A stretch of DNA of 64,000 bases from Candidatus Aenigmatarchaeota archaeon (GTDB lineage: Archaea; Aenigmatarchaeota; Aenigmatarchaeia; GW2011-AR5). A model generated the notes under the pieces. That model had not been told where the DNA came from. It worked only from the letters and a program-made list of their open reading frames with translations, and made no database searches. The position numbers and the translations under genes are program-made. The DNA lies in NCBI GenBank assembly GCA_016198685.1, contig JACQID010000004.1, positions 128,001 to 192,000 of the forward strand. Direction: 5' to 3'. This document shows, piece by piece, positions 17,734 to 26,611 of the stretch (the stretch's first letter is position 1; each line of letters starts with the position of its first letter).

Positions 17734-19656
17734 TCAATTCTTTATTGAACTCTCAAGTTCTTGCATCGCATCGCGCAGTTCTATGGCCCGCTCAAAATTA
17801 AGATTTTCCGCTGCAGTCCTCATCTCGGCTTCCAGCTCGATGATTTTTCTTTCAATATCAATTCTTGCCATGTGCTTGAATCCTTTTATTTTGCCGGGCT
17901 TGACTATGTTTTTGATGATCGTTTCAGGGGTTATGCCATGTTTTTTGTTATATGCCTGCTGCATGCGCCTTCGTTCATCTGTTATCTTTACCGCCCGCCT
18001 TATCGAATCAGTCATCTGGTCGGCAAAAAGTATTACACGACCGTTTATGTTTCTTGCGGCCCTTCCTATGGTTTGGATCAGGCTCCTTTCGTTTCTTAAA
18101 AATCCTTCTTTGTCGGCATCCAGTATGCATACGAGCGAGACTTCTGGTATATCCAGTCCTTCTCGCAAAAGATTTATTCCGACAAGAATGTCAAACTCAC
18201 CCGACCTAAGCTGCCGTATTATCTCTATCCTATCAAGGCTTTCGATATCGGAGTGCATGTACCGAACCTTCAGCCCTTCTTTTGCAAGATAATCTGTCAG
18301 ATCCTCAGCCATCCTTTTTGTCAGTGTCGTGATAAGAATCCTTTCACCTTTTCCAATGGCTTTTCGCATTTCATTCACCATGTAAGGTATATGGTCTTTT
18401 ATCGGCCTCACGGATACCTCCGGATCAATCAAGCCTGTCGGACGTATTATCAGGTTCACAACTTGCCCTGACATCTGCAGTTCATATTCGCCGGGAGTTG
18501 CTGAAACAAAGATTGTATGGCGGAAGTACTGCTCAAACTCCGGGAATTTAAGCGGGCGGTTGTCAAATGCGCATGGCAGTCTGAATCCAAAATCGACAAG
18601 ATTCTTTTTGCGCGAATAATCCCCTTTATACATGGCTCTAGACTGGGGTAGTGTCTGATGGCTTTCATCTATTATCAGAAGAAAATCCTTCGGGAAATAA
18701 TCAAGGAGAACAAATGGTGGTTGGCCCTTTTTGCGATTATCGAAATGCCTCGAATAATTTTCTATTCCGCTGCAATAACCGACTTCTTTTATCATTTCTA
18801 TGTCGTATTTGACGCGTTTTTCAAGCCGTTGTGCTTCAATGCCAGACAATTCCGGCAGTCTTTCTGCAAGCTCTTTTTTAATCTCTTCTATGGCGGCTTC
18901 ATGCTTTTGTTCCGGCGTTGCAAACTGTTTTGCAGGAAAAATTGTTGCACTTTCGAGGACATTGATCACGCTTCCCGTTATGCCGTCCATCTCGGATATC
19001 TTATCAACAGCGTTTCCGAACAGCTCTATTCGTGCTATGTTATTCCCGTACGCCGGGATGATGTCTATTACGTCGCCCCTTGCGCGGAATTTTCCCGGCT
19101 CAAGGTACTGATCGCTTCTTTCATACTGCATCTCTATCAATTTTCTTATCAAGTCATTTCTCGTAATCTTGTCGTTCTTTACCAGCGTAAGCGAGAGGCT
19201 CTTGAAGTCATCAGGATTGCCAAGGCCGTATATGCAGGATATTGAGGCGACAATTATAGTATCCGGCCTTGATATGAGGGAGGTCACGGCCTTCAGCCTC
19301 ATTTTTTCTATCTGTTCGTTGATTGTCGCATCTTTCTCTATATACAAGTCGGTTGTGGGCACATAACTCTCCGGCTGATAATAATCATAATATGAAATGA
19401 AATACTCCACGCAGTTTTTGGGAAACATTTCCTTAAGCTCTGCATATAGCTGAGCTGCGAGTGTTTTGTTGTGTGCAAGTACAAGGGTAGGCTTTTGTAT
19501 CCTGCCTATTAAATTAGCCATGACAAATGTCTTCCCGCTTCCCGTTATGCCGAGCAATGTCTGCATGGGGTATTTTCCGTAGCCTTCGTGAAGCTTTTCT
19601 ATGGCCTCTGGCTGCCCTCCTGCCGGCTTGAACGGCGAGTGCAGTTCGAATTTCAT
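17734..19656 (-). CDS. uvrB: Excinuclease ABC subunit B
   Basis: Start set at MKFELHSP; [17 protein letters not shown] beta-hairpin, [16 protein letters not shown]-terminal UVR domain. Confidence 0.97.
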   Translation of the reverse strand: MKFELHSPFKPAGGQPEAIEKLHEGYGKYPMQTLLGITGSGKTFVMANLIGRIQKPTLVLAHNKTLAAQLYAELKEMFPKNCVEYFISYYDYYQPESYVPTTDLYIEKDATINEQIEKMRLKAVTSLISRPDTIIVASISCIYGLGNPDDFKSLSLTLVKNDKITRNDLIRKLIEMQYERSDQYLEPGKFRARGDVIDIIPAYGNNIARIELFGNAVDKISEMDGITGSVINVLESATIFPAKQFATPEQKHEAAIEEIKKELAERLPELSGIEAQRLEKRVKYDIEMIKEVGYCSGIENYSRHFDNRKKGQPPFVLLDYFPKDFLLIIDESHQTLPQSRAMYKGDYSRKKNLVDFGFRLPCAFDNRPLKFPEFEQYFRHTIFVSATPGEYELQMSGQVVNLIIRPTGLIDPEVSVRPIKDHIPYMVNEMRKAIGKGERILITTLTKRMAEDLTDYLAKEGLKVRYMHSDIESLDRIEIIRQLRSGEFDILVGINLLREGLDIPEVSLVCILDADKEGFLRNERSLIQTIGRAARNINGRVILFADQMTDSIRRAVKITDERRRMQQAYNKKHGITPETIIKNIVKPGKIKGFKHMARIDIERKIIELEAEMRTAAENLNFERAIELRDAMQELESSIKN

Positions 19657-19721
19657 GCGATCGCAATAATATAAAATATAATTAAGCTTAAACGTCGATT
19701 CGGGACAATAATGCAAGGAAC

Positions 19722-20183
19722 TTACAGCCTGCCCATTTCCCGCATTATCTCTTCGTCCAGAGCGGCGCTTTTCTTTCGTGTGAGTTTGGATGCCATATCA
19801 TCCAGTTCCTTTTCGTCAGTCTGCTTCCTTGGGTAGCTTATGACAACGCTGTCACCCTGGTTTCTTGGTATGACATGAAAATGTACATGGCTCACTATCT
19901 GGCCTGCAGCCTTGCCGTTGTTTTGGACTATGTTCACGCCCTGGCAGCCTGTCCTCTCCTTGATCATTGATGTGACCTTCTTGACTGCAACAATTGCACC
20001 CTTCAAGCTCTCGTCATCAGCGTCAAAAATATTCTCAGAATGCCTTTTTGGCACAACGAGGGTATGCCCCGGATTTGCGGGGTTTATGTCAAGAAATCCG
20101 ACGCTAGAAGCGTCTTCATAGATCTTTTTTGATGGTATCTCGCCGCTAATAATCTTGCAAAACAGGCAATCCATCTGTACCAT
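19722..20183 (-). CDS. HIT family hydrolase
   Basis: CLFCKII start and HVHFHVIPR histidine triad. Confidence 0.93.
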   Translation of the reverse strand: MVQMDCLFCKIISGEIPSKKIYEDASSVGFLDINPANPGHTLVVPKRHSENIFDADDESLKGAIVAVKKVTSMIKERTGCQGVNIVQNNGKAAGQIVSHVHFHVIPRNQGDSVVISYPRKQTDEKELDDMASKLTRKKSAALDEEIMREMGRL

Positions 20184-20420
20184 TGCAAAGAAAATGATTT
20201 AAAATCTTTTTTTGGAGTTCTGGGCGGTAACTGTCGATTATCGTCCTGCCATAAGCGATAAGTACAGAAATGATATGATTGAGGTATATGGTGATTTCAG
20301 AAATTATGTCAAAAGGTTAGAAGCAACCGTTTGACATCATGGCTTCTCGAAAGGTATCCGGAAGACCCTACTATCTGAATGGTGGCTCAGCGTGATCAAT
20401 TTGTCCCGATTTTAAATCCT

Positions 20421-20717
20421 TCAGATGATGGCTGGCAGCGTGAAGAAGATTGTCGCAAAGACGGATATCGTTGTCATGACTGCAAAGATTATCTTGAATG
20501 CGTTCTCATGATACTTGGCCATTTCGGTGCCTGCAAGAAGCATGATCATAGGTGCAAGAGGCGCAAATATGAGAAGAAGATAAACGTAAAACTCGGCGTA
20601 AGGGGTAAGCACGGGGAATGCCGGCAGAATAAAATAGAATATATTGATTATCAAAACGATGAAATAAGACGTGCTTACTGCCAAAAATTTAGGCGAAAGC
20701 CCTTCAGGAATGTTCAT
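20421..20717 (-). CDS. 98-aa integral membrane protein (about 3 TM)
   Basis: Three hydrophobic segments; ATGA overlap with the upstream hydrolase-like gene. Confidence 0.7.
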   Translation of the reverse strand: MNIPEGLSPKFLAVSTSYFIVLIINIFYFILPAFPVLTPYAEFYVYLLLIFAPLAPMIMLLAGTEMAKYHENAFKIIFAVMTTISVFATIFFTLPAII

Positions 20718-21700
20718 TTGACTTCACCAATGAATTTTTCAAAGTTGCTCCAGCGTGCCTTCTGTGATGCATAATAAATGACATCCTGTATCAATTTCAT
20801 CGAAGTTTTCGGGTACATCTCGTTGAGAAATGCCGAAGTCTCGAACATTATAGCGTTTCCTCCCGTCTTTTCTAGCATTTTTTTCACGTTTCCGTCTCCT
20901 CTTTTGCCGGTAAAGGATTTCTGGTAGGTCATCCGGAATTCCGTGGCTTCTATGCTTTCTTCAAGCATCTTTTCATATTTGTCCCAATTCAGGCCCTTTT
21001 CCATGTCCTCGGCATTCCTGCCAAGTATCCTTGCAGCGTTTGCTATATCCCTTTTAACGTCGTTCCTGTAGCTTCCCTGCATGGCTCTCAGGTTAAACTT
21101 CTTGAACCTGTAACCTATGCTTCTTCTGAGCCAATTGCCGGCCCATGACACGGCATACGCCTTCATGTGGTTTTTTATATGGACAAGCCTCTCTGCGTTT
21201 TTCTTGTTGGCTTTCTCAACAGCTTCCTTCACGACATTCTCGTTGAACCATTTTCCGCCATTTGTGCAAACATCGAGTATTGACGGGAAGTTCTTGAGAC
21301 GCATTGCCTGGGCATGGATGATAACGTATAAGGGCGTTTTTGGAGCGAGTGTTTCAGCTGCCATCCAGAAATGGTTGTGGACATTGACCTTTTCGAGATA
21401 TTCTTCCTGATCCTGAGAATAGAAAGCATATTTTTTCTCAAAAAGCATCCTTTTCTTGTAATTATCTGCGCCTTTGAACATCTGAAGCGCCTCGTCCATA
21501 TTGGCCGGTTTCCTGAAAAAATCAACGCCATATCGGCCTGCGCGCGGAACCGTGCAGATGATGCCCAGACTGCCCATGCGTTTTGTGAGCATTGATGTAA
21601 TGAATTCACATCCTGCATCCCCTCGCATAACCGGAGATAGCGTAGTTGTCGCATGCGGTGCTATGAAGACAGGGCCTGAATTATTGTTCTTGAGAAGCAT
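20714..21700 (-). CDS. Zn-carboxypeptidase-fold hydrolase (N-formylglutamate amidohydrolase-like), paralog 1
   Basis: VFIAPH...GD, VDFFR, VIIH, MFE pattern; start after GGAGGG at MLLKNNN. Confidence 0.6.
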   Translation of the reverse strand: MLLKNNNSGPVFIAPHATTTLSPVMRGDAGCEFITSMLTKRMGSLGIICTVPRAGRYGVDFFRKPANMDEALQMFKGADNYKKRMLFEKKYAFYSQDQEEYLEKVNVHNHFWMAAETLAPKTPLYVIIHAQAMRLKNFPSILDVCTNGGKWFNENVVKEAVEKANKKNAERLVHIKNHMKAYAVSWAGNWLRRSIGYRFKKFNLRAMQGSYRNDVKRDIANAARILGRNAEDMEKGLNWDKYEKMLEESIEATEFRMTYQKSFTGKRGDGNVKKMLEKTGGNAIMFETSAFLNEMYPKTSMKLIQDVIYYASQKARWSNFEKFIGEVK

Positions 21701-21786
21701 GAAGCCCTCCTTGTAGTATGCACGCATTTGAATCAAGTTATTTATGGCCGTCCGAGGATAAAATGTTTATGCTCTCATTCCGTTAT

Positions 21787-22716
21787 ATGCCCGGCTTCAA
21801 CATCATAGAAAGTGGAAAACCGGGGCCTATATTCGTTGCTCCTCATTCTACCCTCACTTATCGTTCCGCTGAACGTGAAGATGTAGGCGCCGAGAACTTG
21901 GCATTTGCCGGCGTTGACATCATGGGAGGGTCGGCAATTATCTCATCTATTCCGCGTCACGGCATGCTCGGCATAGACTACAACCGTAGCGTCCCAAAGA
22001 AGACCCAGCTCGTAAAGGACATGAGTTACATTAAGGGCAACGACAATCTGACTTTATATTACAAAAATTATGCGTGGATGGCCCAGAATCCGGCTCAGGA
22101 TGCTTATAAGAAAAAAATATATTCCAGTTTCTGGAAAACCGCTGAAATGATGGGCAAACGACACAAAAAACCTCTCTTTCTGTTTTGCCATACCTTAAGT
22201 TCAAGGATAAAGAACCTGCCTTCGGCAGTGGATCTCATAACAGGCCGGGGCACATGGTTCGATAAAGGGAAACTAGAAAGGATGGTTGCCAAATTAAACA
22301 GAAAATACGATTTCGCCCAGTATCGGGAAGACTGGATTCTCGATATGAAATTCCATGCCATGATGGAAAAAAAGATATTCGGGCGGCACTTCACATCAAT
22401 CAAGGATTCGAAAGGCATGCGCAGGGAGTGGATGCTGCAGGATATAGAAAAGGCAAACAGGATATTAGGAAAAAAATTAGACATAAAGACAATTGATTTT
22501 CTCGAATATTACCGTGCGATAGAAGATGTAATGAAAAAGAGCGAGATAAAGATCACGGTCGAGAATGTATATTTCGGCGATACTGCAAGGCCTGTATCAC
22601 GGCTTCTTGAAAGAACGAACGGCTCAGGACTCGAAGTCGAGGCGCAGTCGTTTTTGAACGAGAATCATGCCGAAGACGTTGTCAAAATAATACAAGAACT
22701 TGTCCGGCAATTTTGA
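21787..22716 (+). CDS. Zn-carboxypeptidase-fold hydrolase (N-formylglutamate amidohydrolase-like), paralog 2
   Basis: IFVAPH...ED, IDYNR, LFCH, LEVE; alignable by eye with paralog 1 along its length. Confidence 0.62.
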   Translation: MPGFNIIESGKPGPIFVAPHSTLTYRSAEREDVGAENLAFAGVDIMGGSAIISSIPRHGMLGIDYNRSVPKKTQLVKDMSYIKGNDNLTLYYKNYAWMAQNPAQDAYKKKIYSSFWKTAEMMGKRHKKPLFLFCHTLSSRIKNLPSAVDLITGRGTWFDKGKLERMVAKLNRKYDFAQYREDWILDMKFHAMMEKKIFGRHFTSIKDSKGMRREWMLQDIEKANRILGKKLDIKTIDFLEYYRAIEDVMKKSEIKITVENVYFGDTARPVSRLLERTNGSGLEVEAQSFLNENHAEDVVKIIQELVRQF

Positions 22717-22717
22717 A

Positions 22718-23182
22718 TCATCTGGGATCTATTGCATAGACTATATGGCCGGGCTCTCTCAGATAAGTTCTCGTGTCTTCGGTGTTACTTGCTGCATTAT
22801 AAATTCTTGATGTAATGAGGTTCGCGGCGTTTTTGTCCGTATAAGCGTTAAAATAGGCGTTTTTGCCATAAATAAGGGTTGTCAGATGCGCAGGAGCCCC
22901 GGCAGTCAATGAGTTGAGTTCTTCCCGTATTTTTGCTATGCGGGCATTCTTGTTTAAGAGAGGCAGTCTTTCCTGCCAGCTAACGCAATATACCCTAAAG
23001 AGCCCGATGTTTTGGAGTTCTTGCTCTTCAATTTCAGGATCTGGACCTGTATATCGGTATACGTTGCTGCCATAGCCATCCTGGTTTGGCATATGTACAG
23101 GAACCCAGTTTTCAGGATTATGATTCCATTCTGGCATTATGGCAAACAAAGGGCTGTCATCCTCGTTCCAGATTTCTACCAT
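22718..23182 (-). CDS. Hypothetical protein (154 aa)
   Basis: Start set at MVEIWNED after an AT-rich region; no motif recognised. Confidence 0.55.
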   Translation of the reverse strand: MVEIWNEDDSPLFAIMPEWNHNPENWVPVHMPNQDGYGSNVYRYTGPDPEIEEQELQNIGLFRVYCVSWQERLPLLNKNARIAKIREELNSLTAGAPAHLTTLIYGKNAYFNAYTDKNAANLITSRIYNAASNTEDTRTYLREPGHIVYAIDPR

Positions 23183-23234
23183 TATAATATTTGACAGAAA
23201 TTTATAAAAAATAGTTAAATTTCCACAAATATAG

Positions 23235-24113
23235 CTATGCTTTTTCAGCCGTCTGCTTTTCAACCCATTCTTCCGCACACTCAGCAAGAACCTGCGCCGC
23301 TATCTGGTAGCGCAATTTCGGCAAAGAAGGATGTTCTTTCATGACGCGTCCATGGCGGTTAAATTCCACGTGAATTCCGAAGCGTATGTCACTGTTTTTT
23401 TCGTTGTATTCCTTGACGTGCCTATATAGGGTATAATTCTTGCTTCCGGTAAACAGGCTTTTGCTTACCTTTACGGTGATGTCTATCCTGACATTGCGTT
23501 CTTTCAGCCGCTCCTTGAGTCTCTTCACGAAGAATCTGCGGAAGGAGAAAGCATTCTTGCTGCCGCCAATATAAGATCTGTCGGGGCCGAACCCCAAAAG
23601 CACATCGGCTTGCCGGTGGGAATGCATGCCATGGTAAGAAAGTATTAGCTTAGGGTTCAGGGACTCAATAGTTTTATGATAGAACTCAAAAATATGCATC
23701 AGGTTTTTGTTCGTACTGATTGGAATATGCGATTCCGTCTCCTCATGCCCTTCGTCTGCCATGAACGGCAAGACCCTTAACCTCATGCCTTCGGCATCGG
23801 AGGGCCTGGCTAAATCAAGCTCTGTTCTCAGAATTGTTGGTATTATGTACGCAGATTGGGAATGCCATGCACCAAGTTTGGCTAGGGTTGCCGTATTCGC
23901 ATCGCCTATTCCGATGTAGGCTTTCTTGCCGTGCTTAGGAGATTTTATTCGTGTAGTTTGCGCATGCTCGGCAACAATGAGTATTTTGTTACGAGAATAG
24001 TCTTCCAGCGTCTGAAAGAGAAGGTTGTTGGCGTTCTGGGGCCTGAAATTAGACTCGAACGCGGAAAGGTCTTCTTCGCTTTTCAAAAGGTTGAGCGTTT
24101 TTATCTGCCCCAC
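23235..24113 (-). CDS. Zn-carboxypeptidase-fold hydrolase (N-formylglutamate amidohydrolase-like), paralog 3
   Basis: LIVAEH...GD, ELDLAR, LSYHG, DVLLG, HVEF; start overlaps the end of the RimK-like gene. Confidence 0.62.
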   Translation of the reverse strand: MGQIKTLNLLKSEEDLSAFESNFRPQNANNLLFQTLEDYSRNKILIVAEHAQTTRIKSPKHGKKAYIGIGDANTATLAKLGAWHSQSAYIIPTILRTELDLARPSDAEGMRLRVLPFMADEGHEETESHIPISTNKNLMHIFEFYHKTIESLNPKLILSYHGMHSHRQADVLLGFGPDRSYIGGSKNAFSFRRFFVKRLKERLKERNVRIDITVKVSKSLFTGSKNYTLYRHVKEYNEKNSDIRFGIHVEFNRHGRVMKEHPSLPKLRYQIAAQVLAECAEEWVEKQTAEKA

Positions 24114-25024
24114 GTCATCTCCTCTACTGCCTTGAAAATAGGAGCTATCAGCCTGTCTTTCTTGGATATTTCCGCTTCATGTTTGACGTAATCCATCATC
24201 AATGCTGCAACGTTCGTTCCGGTTGCATGAGTTATGCCTTCAAAGTGCACGTTCACATTCGCCTCTATGACTACAGGCCCTTTCTTGCCTTCTATTATGT
24301 CTATCCCTGCTATGCCAAGACCCAATGCTTTAGCGCTGCGTATAGCAAGCTTTGTCATTTCTTGACTGAGTCTTATTTTCTTGCCGGTTCCGCCGGCGCC
24401 TATATTGGCCCGTCTTTCTCCTTTCTCGGCTATCCTTTTCATTGAAGCTGGCACATCGTGCCCGATTACAAGGGCTCTTATGTCTTCGCCCGGGTTGCCG
24501 ACAAATTCCTCAAGCATTATGGGCTGCTTCATGCCTTCTATCGTATCGAGTATAGGCAAGGCCGAAGACGGGCTTTCTGCAAACATAACGCCCTTGCCTA
24601 ATGAACCCTGCAGCAGCTTTATCACTACAGGATACTTCATGCTTTTGATTATAGGTTTCATGCCCTTTACCGTTGAACTAAGGTAGCTCAGGGGCGTTGG
24701 TATGCCGGCTTTCTCAAGCTTCAATAATGTAAGGAATTTGTCATGCGTTATTATTATAGATTCCGGCGTTATAGGCATATACGTTTTGCCTTCCAAAAGC
24801 TTGCATATCACATAACCGTAATTTCTATAGGTTCTCGGTATTCTGGGAAAGACGATATCGTACGATGATAAAGGAGTGCCCTTGAGAAGAACAGGGTCGC
24901 CGTTCTGTATTCTTACGTCAGGTATCTGGGCATAAGTAACCTTCTCGAATCTTTTCTTCGCTTCTTCAAGAAGCCAAAGATCCTGAGGCTTCTTCTCCCT
25001 TGAGCCCAAGATACATATTTTCAT
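24101..25024 (-). CDS. RimK/LysX-family ATP-grasp amino-acid ligase
   Basis: HDK, PVVIKLLQGSLGKGV, EEF, DIR, RANIGAGG, GID, IEAN all present. Confidence 0.92.
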   Translation of the reverse strand: MKICILGSREKKPQDLWLLEEAKKRFEKVTYAQIPDVRIQNGDPVLLKGTPLSSYDIVFPRIPRTYRNYGYVICKLLEGKTYMPITPESIIITHDKFLTLLKLEKAGIPTPLSYLSSTVKGMKPIIKSMKYPVVIKLLQGSLGKGVMFAESPSSALPILDTIEGMKQPIMLEEFVGNPGEDIRALVIGHDVPASMKRIAEKGERRANIGAGGTGKKIRLSQEMTKLAIRSAKALGLGIAGIDIIEGKKGPVVIEANVNVHFEGITHATGTNVAALMMDYVKHEAEISKKDRLIAPIFKAVEEMTWGR

Positions 25025-25872
25025 TGTTTCACTCCGAAAAGATCAAGTATGCGGCTGAGTATGCCTCTTGGGGTAATAGGCGTCTTGACATTAGCCTTGG
25101 CATATTCAAGCAAAGCCGTGAATACATCCTTGCCGGACAGTCTTTCTATGGTTGCAAAAGGAGGAGATAGTGAAAAAGATGCTACCGTGTCGCCGGCAAA
25201 TGTGACAAACCCGTAGGCAGAACCCATTGTTTTTGTTGCCCGTATGGCTGCATCCTTAATGCCGGTTCCTACTCCAGTGCCTCTCATTTTGCCTTTGATT
25301 ATCTCAACCGATGAAACGATATCGTTACCTACAACAAAACATCCGATAATCTTGTCAGAAACCGGCTTCCTTATCGTAATTCCCTGCCCGCTTTTTCTCA
25401 GCCGTATCATGGATTTCATGTGCCTTGCGTCTTCAATAAGTGATGAACGTTCGCCTATGGTAACTCTTATGGGAAACTCAAGTTCCGGAAGTATTTGCTC
25501 TGCTGCGTTTTCGCTTATGGCATAATAAGTTTGAGGCAGCTCAAAACCCGCCTGCTTGAGCTTCATCGCGCCTACAAGCTTCTTTTGGTAGGCTAAGAGC
25601 CCATCAAGCCCATAAGGAATGTAAGTTGATGAGGCTTCAAGTGATGTCACGATCGAGAGAAAAAGATCGCTGTGCCTTGCTGAGGGGAAAGGCAGGACTG
25701 CTTCAAACTTGGCTATGTCATGGTCACCAAAAATAAGCCTTGTTTTGCCTTCCCCGCTTTCTATCCTTATTTCATCTGCAGGCACATATACACATTCCTC
25801 AAAAATGCCCTCTGCCTTCTTGGTGAATGGGGATTCCTCCCTTGAATCCATACCTATGATTGCAATCCTCAT
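25021..25872 (-). CDS. Catalytically eroded RimK-like paralog
   Basis: Colinear with the adjacent ligase (KLKQAGFELPQTY, FPI, FVVG, AIRATK) but lacks the K, GSxGxG, DIR, RAN, D and ExN residues. Confidence 0.72.
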   Translation of the reverse strand: MRIAIIGMDSREESPFTKKAEGIFEECVYVPADEIRIESGEGKTRLIFGDHDIAKFEAVLPFPSARHSDLFLSIVTSLEASSTYIPYGLDGLLAYQKKLVGAMKLKQAGFELPQTYYAISENAAEQILPELEFPIRVTIGERSSLIEDARHMKSMIRLRKSGQGITIRKPVSDKIIGCFVVGNDIVSSVEIIKGKMRGTGVGTGIKDAAIRATKTMGSAYGFVTFAGDTVASFSLSPPFATIERLSGKDVFTALLEYAKANVKTPITPRGILSRILDLFGVKQ

Positions 25873-25948
25873 GGTAAAACAATCTTGCCGTTTTCTTATA
25901 AAAAGACATCCTGCTGCGAAAAATACTAGATTAAGCGAGGGATGGATA

Positions 25949-26101
25949 TGGGGTCGGGAGGATTTGAACCCCCATTAGCTGGTTTCTTCTAAATCATCGC
26001 CGCTTGCGCGGCTCTTAGCTCCAAAAGAGCCTCTCGGCCTGTCTTTTTACGGAAAGACCGGGACTGGAGCCAGCGATCCTGCCTGGTTAGACTACAACCC
26101 C
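25949..26101 (-). tRNA. tRNA-Trp (CCA) with 80-nt intron at 37/38 (25984-26063)
   Basis: Acceptor GGGGTTG/CGACCCC, anticodon arm GCTGG-CTCCAG|A-CCAGC, T arm GGGGG-TTCAAAT-CCTCC. Confidence 0.92.
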
Positions 26102-26128
26102 TTCTGAAACCCAATATATAGAGTGAAA

Positions 26129-26136
26129 TTTATAAA
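26129..26136. promoter_or_regulatory. TATA box (TTTATAAA), likely for tRNA-Trp
   Basis: Self-complementary TATA about 28-35 nt upstream of the tRNA 5' end. Confidence 0.55.
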
Positions 26137-26238
26137 GCAGGAAATCCGGGCGCTTTATGGACGAAGTATATATAAAGCTTGTTCGAAGGCAAAATGCTTA
26201 AATATGGCATTAGAATCAAGCTAATTGGTGACATGAAA

Positions 26239-26604
26239 ATGGAAACCAAAAAGATAGGAGAGTACGCGTTCCTCGCAGGCATAGCAATCGCTGTGCTCGC
26301 TGGTCTCGTGTCCGGAGTGGCATCGAGTGCCATCGCCGCCTATGCAGCACCTATATCGATGCTGCTGGTCGTGCTTGGAATAGTAGTGGGCCTCCTCAAC
26401 ATATCTGAGAAGGAAACCACAGCGTTCCTCGTGGCTGCCATAGCCCTCGTAACGGCCGGTACAGCAAGCTTTGCTGCTATCGACATGGCCGGCGTAGGCG
26501 CAATTCTTGACAAAGTTGTCGGGAATATAGCAGTGCTGGTAAGCCCGGCTGCCGTAATAGTGGCGGTTAAGGCAATATACAGCCTTGCACAGGGACGAAA
26601 GTAA
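26239..26604 (+). CDS. Small 4-TM membrane protein of unknown function
   Basis: GGTGA upstream of METKK; four hydrophobic helices, LLNISEKE loop. Confidence 0.75.
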   Translation: METKKIGEYAFLAGIAIAVLAGLVSGVASSAIAAYAAPISMLLVVLGIVVGLLNISEKETTAFLVAAIALVTAGTASFAAIDMAGVGAILDKVVGNIAVLVSPAAVIVAVKAIYSLAQGRK

Positions 26605-26611
26605 GACTCAG

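Noticed and set aside
20212-20334. 40-codon TTG-started ORF in the HIT-membrane gene gap
   Set aside because: No SD and no recognisable motif; possibly a remnant.
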